A stretch of 64,000 nt of DNA from a candidate division KSB3 bacterium (GTDB lineage Bacteria > Moduliflexota > Moduliflexia > Moduliflexales > Moduliflexaceae), in the NCBI GenBank assembly GCA_002748425.1, contig PDSJ01000010.1:35841-99840 (forward strand). The letters are read 5' to 3'. The notes below the pieces were generated by a model that made no database searches, was not told the DNA's origin, and saw nothing but the letters and a program-made list of their open reading frames with translations. The position numbers and the translations under genes are program-made. Each line of letters starts with the position of its first letter. The stretch's first letter is position 1. Below, piece by piece: positions 59,621-64,000 of this stretch.

Positions 59621-60340
59621 ATGGCAAAACTTTATGTGGTTGGCATCGGGCCTGGGGGAAAAGAGCATCTGACCCTCAGAGCGCTTGACGTTCTGAAACA
59701 ATGTGAAGTAGTGGTCGGTTATACGTTTTATCTCGAGCTGATTCAGGAGTTTCTGGAAGGTAAAACTCTGATCGAGACTGGTATGACCGGTGAAATCGAG
59801 CGTTGCTGCCAGGCGATCGAGCAGGCGAAATGCGGGAAGACCACGTGTATTGTCAGCACTGGAGATGCCGGCTTGTACGGTATGGCTGGGCCGATCCTGG
59901 AAATGGCTGAAGAGATCGACGTGGAGATCGTTCCTGGTGTCAGCTCTGTGTTTGCAGCAGCGGCGGAAATAGGCGCTCCGCTGATGCACGACCTCTGCAT
60001 TATCAGTTTGAGCGATCTCCTGACGCCCTGGACTCTGATTGAGACGCGTCTCAAAGCTGCAGGGCAGGGAGATTTTGTCGTCGCTCTGTATAATCCGAAA
60101 AGTCGAGGACGAGTCCGGCAGATCGAAACAGCGATCCGTGTACTCGCACATTATAAAGCCCCTGATACGCCGGTTGCACTTGTCAAGAATGCCGGCCGCG
60201 CCGGTTCGACACGCAAGCTGCTGACCCTCTCTACGATCGATTACGACTTTATCGACATGAAAACGCTTGTCATTATCGGCAATCGGTCGACCCATATCAA
60301 GAATGGGAAAATGCTTACGCCACGAGGGTATATGCTATGA
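59621..60340 (+). CDS. cbiH: Cobalt-factor III C17-methyltransferase
   Basis: VGIGPG, GDAGLYGMA, GAPLMHD, SLSDLLTPW, YNPKS, TPRGY. Confidence 0.96.
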   Translation: MAKLYVVGIGPGGKEHLTLRALDVLKQCEVVVGYTFYLELIQEFLEGKTLIETGMTGEIERCCQAIEQAKCGKTTCIVSTGDAGLYGMAGPILEMAEEIDVEIVPGVSSVFAAAAEIGAPLMHDLCIISLSDLLTPWTLIETRLKAAGQGDFVVALYNPKSRGRVRQIETAIRVLAHYKAPDTPVALVKNAGRAGSTRKLLTLSTIDYDFIDMKTLVIIGNRSTHIKNGKMLTPRGYML

Positions 60341-61086
60341 TCTGGATTCTTGGCGGAACCTCTGAAAGCGTCACCTTGATCGAGCGTATTCAAGGAAAAC
60401 TCGACTATATTGTCACGGTGGCGACAGCAAGTGGACAAGCATGTCTGCCCGAGACGGCTCGTGTTCGTGTCGGCCGGATGAACCCCGGACAAATGCGGGA
60501 ATTTATTCAAGAGCAGTCCATTACGCTGGTCGTGGATCTTACTCATCCCTACGCCACTGAAGTGACAGGACAGGTCCAGCGGATTTGTCAGGAACTTCGG
60601 ATACGCTATGTTCGTTACGTGCGTGAGTCATCTGAAGCCAGGGCTGCAATTCGTTGCGCATCGCTTGAGGAATGTGCCGCTTTTTTACAGGGGCTTTCCC
60701 ATACGTGTGTCTTTTTTACAACAGGAAGCAAGCATATCGAGAAGTTTCAGCAGATTCGTGGCAAGAACCGCTTTGTGTATCGCGTGCTGCCGGCGCCCGA
60801 AAGTCTGAAGATCTGTGTCGCGCATCAGGTCGAAATGAAAGATATTGTGGCTGCGCTGGGTCCTTTTTCGGAAGCAATGAACATAGCTATGTTTCGAGAA
60901 TATCGTGCGGACTATGTCGTGATGAAAGATTCGGGGCAGACTGGAGGAACCCCTCAAAAAATTTCAGCCTGCGAAACGCTCGGCATCAGTCCGGTGCTTT
61001 TACTTCGAAAAGAAGAACAAGGCTTCACAAAGCTGGAACAATTAGAGGAAACGCTTTTTGCTATACTGCATTCTACAGAGCATTAG
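60337..61086 (+). CDS. cbiJ: Cobalt-precorrin-6A reductase
   Basis: LGGTSE, D.THPYA, TTGSK, RVLP, GPFS, KDSG..GG. Confidence 0.94.
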   Translation: MIWILGGTSESVTLIERIQGKLDYIVTVATASGQACLPETARVRVGRMNPGQMREFIQEQSITLVVDLTHPYATEVTGQVQRICQELRIRYVRYVRESSEARAAIRCASLEECAAFLQGLSHTCVFFTTGSKHIEKFQQIRGKNRFVYRVLPAPESLKICVAHQVEMKDIVAALGPFSEAMNIAMFREYRADYVVMKDSGQTGGTPQKISACETLGISPVLLLRKEEQGFTKLEQLEETLFAILHSTEH

Positions 61087-61172
61087 CACTTATCCACAAA
61101 AATCTTTAATAATATAGGTTTTTTCCTCTATATGTATGCGCTTTAAGAACGTGTGAGCACGCGGGATCACAC

Positions 61173-61817
61173 TTATCTTTCAGTTTCCGAGTGGTTGCAG
61201 TCGTCACCTTTGCCGTCATGCACACAGATTCGTCGCGGAAGACACTGTTCCGCCAAAATAATCGCTTCAAGTTCCCGAACCGCATCGTGAAAGTCGTCGT
61301 TGATGATCACGTAGTCATAGTTTTCGTAATGAGTGACTTCCTCTCGGGCTTTGAGGAGTCGGCGCTCGATTTCTTCACTGCTGTCACTTCGACGCTCTGT
61401 CAAACGTTTACGGAGTAAATCGAAGCTGGGGGGAAGAATAAAGATGAAGACACCTTCATCGCCATAACGCTCTTCGAGTTGTTTGGCTCCCTGCACATCA
61501 ATATCGATGAGAAGATATTTGCCTCTGGATAAGGTTTCGGCAATACTCGTGATGCTCGTTCCGTAATAATTTCCATGAACATACGCGTATTCGACGAATT
61601 CATCTGTCTCGACCATCTGCATAAACTTTTCTTCAGACACGAAATGATAGTCGCGGCCGTCGGTTTCGTTTGAGCGACGTTGCCGTGTTGTATAGGAAAT
61701 ACCATGCTCGAAGTTGGGCAGCCGGCGGATGACTTCTTTGCATAATGAGGTTTTCCCACCGCCTGAAGGCGCAGAGACAACGAAAAGGATGCCGTGAGTA
61801 TTTTTGCTGAATTTCAT
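61173..61817 (-). CDS. gmk: Guanylate kinase
   Basis: [30 protein letters not shown]. Confidence 0.97.
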   Translation of the reverse strand: MKFSKNTHGILFVVSAPSGGGKTSLCKEVIRRLPNFEHGISYTTRQRRSNETDGRDYHFVSEEKFMQMVETDEFVEYAYVHGNYYGTSITSIAETLSRGKYLLIDIDVQGAKQLEERYGDEGVFIFILPPSFDLLRKRLTERRSDSSEEIERRLLKAREEVTHYENYDYVIINDDFHDAVRELEAIILAEQCLPRRICVHDGKGDDCNHSETER

Positions 61818-62101
61818 GATGTCACCTCATTGATGGAGTCTGAATCGACAGGCATATCATCGCCGCCGAAAAGGCGTTGTGAGACTGTTGCCGGCAGCAC
61901 GGCCGACAGGATGACATGATCGCTGTCTGTGATAATGATTGCGCGGGTTTTTCTGCCTTGTGTCGCATCAATAAGTTTTCCCTGCTGCCGGGCCTCTTCT
62001 TTCAAACGTTTCATTGGGGCTGAACTTGGAGTAATAATCGCGATTATTCTCGATGCAACCACGACATTGCCAAACCCGATGTTGACCAGTTTATTGCTCA
62101 T
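61814..62101 (-). CDS. remA: RemA/DUF370 family protein
   Basis: [28 protein letters not shown]. Confidence 0.93.
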   Translation of the reverse strand: MSNKLVNIGFGNVVVASRIIAIITPSSAPMKRLKEEARQQGKLIDATQGRKTRAIIITDSDHVILSAVLPATVSQRLFGGDDMPVDSDSINEVTS

Positions 62102-62110
62102 AGCAAGCGG

Positions 62111-62995
62111 CTATTCCACGTTTTGGACCTGCTCACGGATTTTTTCCAGGAGAGACTTCACATCCACAACGTGTTTCGAGATGTCCAGGTTATTTGCTTT
62201 CGAGCCGATGGTGTTGATCTCTCGATTCATTTCCTGGACCATGAAATCCAGCTTTCTGCCAACACCTTCCTGAGCTTCCAGCAGATGCTGAAAGTGATCG
62301 ATATGGCCGCGTAATCGGCTCAGTTCTTCAGAAATATCGATGCGATCTGCAAAAAAAGCAGCTTCCTGGATGAGACGGTCGGGATCGATGTCGATGACGT
62401 TTTCTGTCAGGCGTTTGAGGCGTTCTTCCAGGGCAGTTTTATATGCGGTCGGCGTCATTTGGGCAAGATGGGCGATCTCTGCACTCTGCTGTTGAAGCTC
62501 ATCCAGATAGGAGCGTAAATCTTGCTCCAGCAGGTCGCCTTCATGCCGGCGCATCTGATCCAGATGATTCAGGGCGTCCGTCACAGCCTGCTCTACTGCA
62601 AGCCGGGCTTCTTCCTGATCCAGATCAGCGCTTTTGACGTTAAGCACTTCTGGCAGCCGGATCAAAGAGAGGATGTCGACGGGATTCTCAAGTTTGAGAT
62701 AATCTCCGAGCTCTCGGAGTTGTTCAAGATAGTCTTCTGCCAGGCCCTGATCGAAACTAATCTGTTTGGCAGTTTTTCCGAACTCATCCAGTGAAAGGTA
62801 TATATCAAAACGACCTCGCTGAAAACGTTCCTTGACAGAGCGTTTCAGCTCGTGTTCGAGAAAGGAAAGCTTTCCCGGCACTTTGACATGCACATCGCAG
62901 TAACGATGATTGACCGATTTGACCTCAATGCTGTAAGTTCTGCCGGATTCTGTCTGAACTGCAGCCGTTCCGTAGCCGGTCATGCTTTTTATCAT
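62111..62995 (-). CDS. yicC: YicC/YloC family endoribonuclease
   Basis: SMTGYG, SVNHRY, DISEE..RL, GRKLDF..QEMNRE.NTIGSK, REQVQNVE. Confidence 0.95.
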   Translation of the reverse strand: MIKSMTGYGTAAVQTESGRTYSIEVKSVNHRYCDVHVKVPGKLSFLEHELKRSVKERFQRGRFDIYLSLDEFGKTAKQISFDQGLAEDYLEQLRELGDYLKLENPVDILSLIRLPEVLNVKSADLDQEEARLAVEQAVTDALNHLDQMRRHEGDLLEQDLRSYLDELQQQSAEIAHLAQMTPTAYKTALEERLKRLTENVIDIDPDRLIQEAAFFADRIDISEELSRLRGHIDHFQHLLEAQEGVGRKLDFMVQEMNREINTIGSKANNLDISKHVVDVKSLLEKIREQVQNVE

Positions 62996-63091
62996 GGCAC
63001 GTTCCTCAGTCTTATACACCATTAATCTTTGTCTGATTTTGGAGGAATATTGAGGAGAACAGGGAAGTTTTTGTCAATGAAATTCTTGCAA

Positions 63092-64000
63092 CTAATAGGC
63101 ATGCTTATTGATCATGCCCTTCCACAGTGTCATGAAAAGAATTTTCACATCAAGGCTGACCGACCAGTTCTGAATATAGTAGAGGTCGTATTCAATGCGT
63201 TTTTCGATCGAGGTATTGCCGCGCCATCCATTGATCTGAGCCCAGCCGGTTATGCCGGACTTGACACGATGGCGTAACATGTATCTGGGGATCTTTTCCC
63301 GGAATTTCTGAACAAAAGGAGGACGCTCCGGGCGCGGCCCGACGAGGCTCATGTCGCCTCGTAAGACGTTGAAAAACTGCGGCAGTTCGTCAAGGCTGGT
63401 GGAGCGCATAAACGCGCCGAGTCTGGTCCGTCGAGTATCTCGCTTTGCGGCCCAGACTGCCCCGGTTTTGGATTCGGCATTGACGCGCATCGACCGAAAT
63501 TTATACATCTTGAAAAGATGTCCGTCCAGGCCCATGCGTTTTTGGGTGTACAACACAGGTCCCGGCGACGAGAGCTTGATCAACAATGCCAAGACCAGCA
63601 TCATCGGCGCGCTCAATACGATAAACAGCAGCGAGAAGGCGATATCAAAGCCGCGTTTGATGACGCTGTTCCAGCCTTGAATGGGGGTTTCCCGCAAATT
63701 GACGATTGGGATTCCGTCGAGTTCTTCCACCCCGACGCGCAAACTCATATATTGCATGAGATCCGGAATGAATTTGACATCGACGCATTCTTGATCCACT
63801 GACGCCAGCAGCTCCAGCACCTTTTCGTGGGCGGTCATCGGCAGCGCAATGAAGAGCTGCTCGACCCCGCGTTCCTGAATAATGCGCTGCGTATCGTTTA
63901 AAGACCCCAACACCGGAGTCCCTTGAAGCACCTTCCCCTGTTTGTCAGGGTTATCATCGACAAAGCCGATGACGTTCAGGCCGAGCTCCGTATAGGTGTG
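63092..64000 (-). CDS. Undecaprenyl-phosphate sugar phosphotransferase (WcaJ-like), 5' end outside the window
   Basis: Frame open to the edge (..IGFVDD..), KRGFD, KFRSM, SLDELPQ, SLVGPRPE, GITGWAQ. Confidence 0.93.
   Translation of the reverse strand, partial: HTYTELGLNVIGFVDDNPDKQGKVLQGTPVLGSLNDTQRIIQERGVEQLFIALPMTAHEKVLELLASVDQECVDVKFIPDLMQYMSLRVGVEELDGIPIVNLRETPIQGWNSVIKRGFDIAFSLLFIVLSAPMMLVLALLIKLSSPGPVLYTQKRMGLDGHLFKMYKFRSMRVNAESKTGAVWAAKRDTRRTRLGAFMRSTSLDELPQFFNVLRGDMSLVGPRPERPPFVQKFREKIPRYMLRHRVKSGITGWAQINGWRGNTSIEKRIEYDLYYIQNWSVSLDVKILFMTLWKGMINKHAY

Overview
Chromosomal replication-origin region of a roughly 50% GC diderm bacterium; the gene repertoire suggests an anaerobic deltaproteobacteria-like or KSB3-like lineage, which is inference only. 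The core is dnaA-[oriC]-dnaN-recF-remB-gyrB-gyrA, with tatC, tRNA-Pro(GGG), rpmB, metK, nfeD-floA, an anaerobic corrin-ring operon (cbiA,C,D,E,T,L,F,G,H,J) and yicC-remA-gmk. Strongest leads: (1) a transmembrane-NACHT-DUF1566 gene whose 3' end looks like a diversity-generating retroelement variable repeat, with no template repeat or reverse transcriptase in the window; (2) an integron-type attC site directly ahead of a secreted caspase-like gene at the left edge, beside an IS1 relic and with no integrase visible; (3) a co-oriented block of hybrid kinase, giant FG-GAP/FN3 surface protein, PilB-like ATPase, pseudo-receiver/pseudo-kinase and MglA; (4) a histidine phosphatase translationally coupled to serA; (5) a HEAT-CheR-CheB module without CheA or chemoreceptors. 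All calls come from reading motifs by eye; no searches were run.
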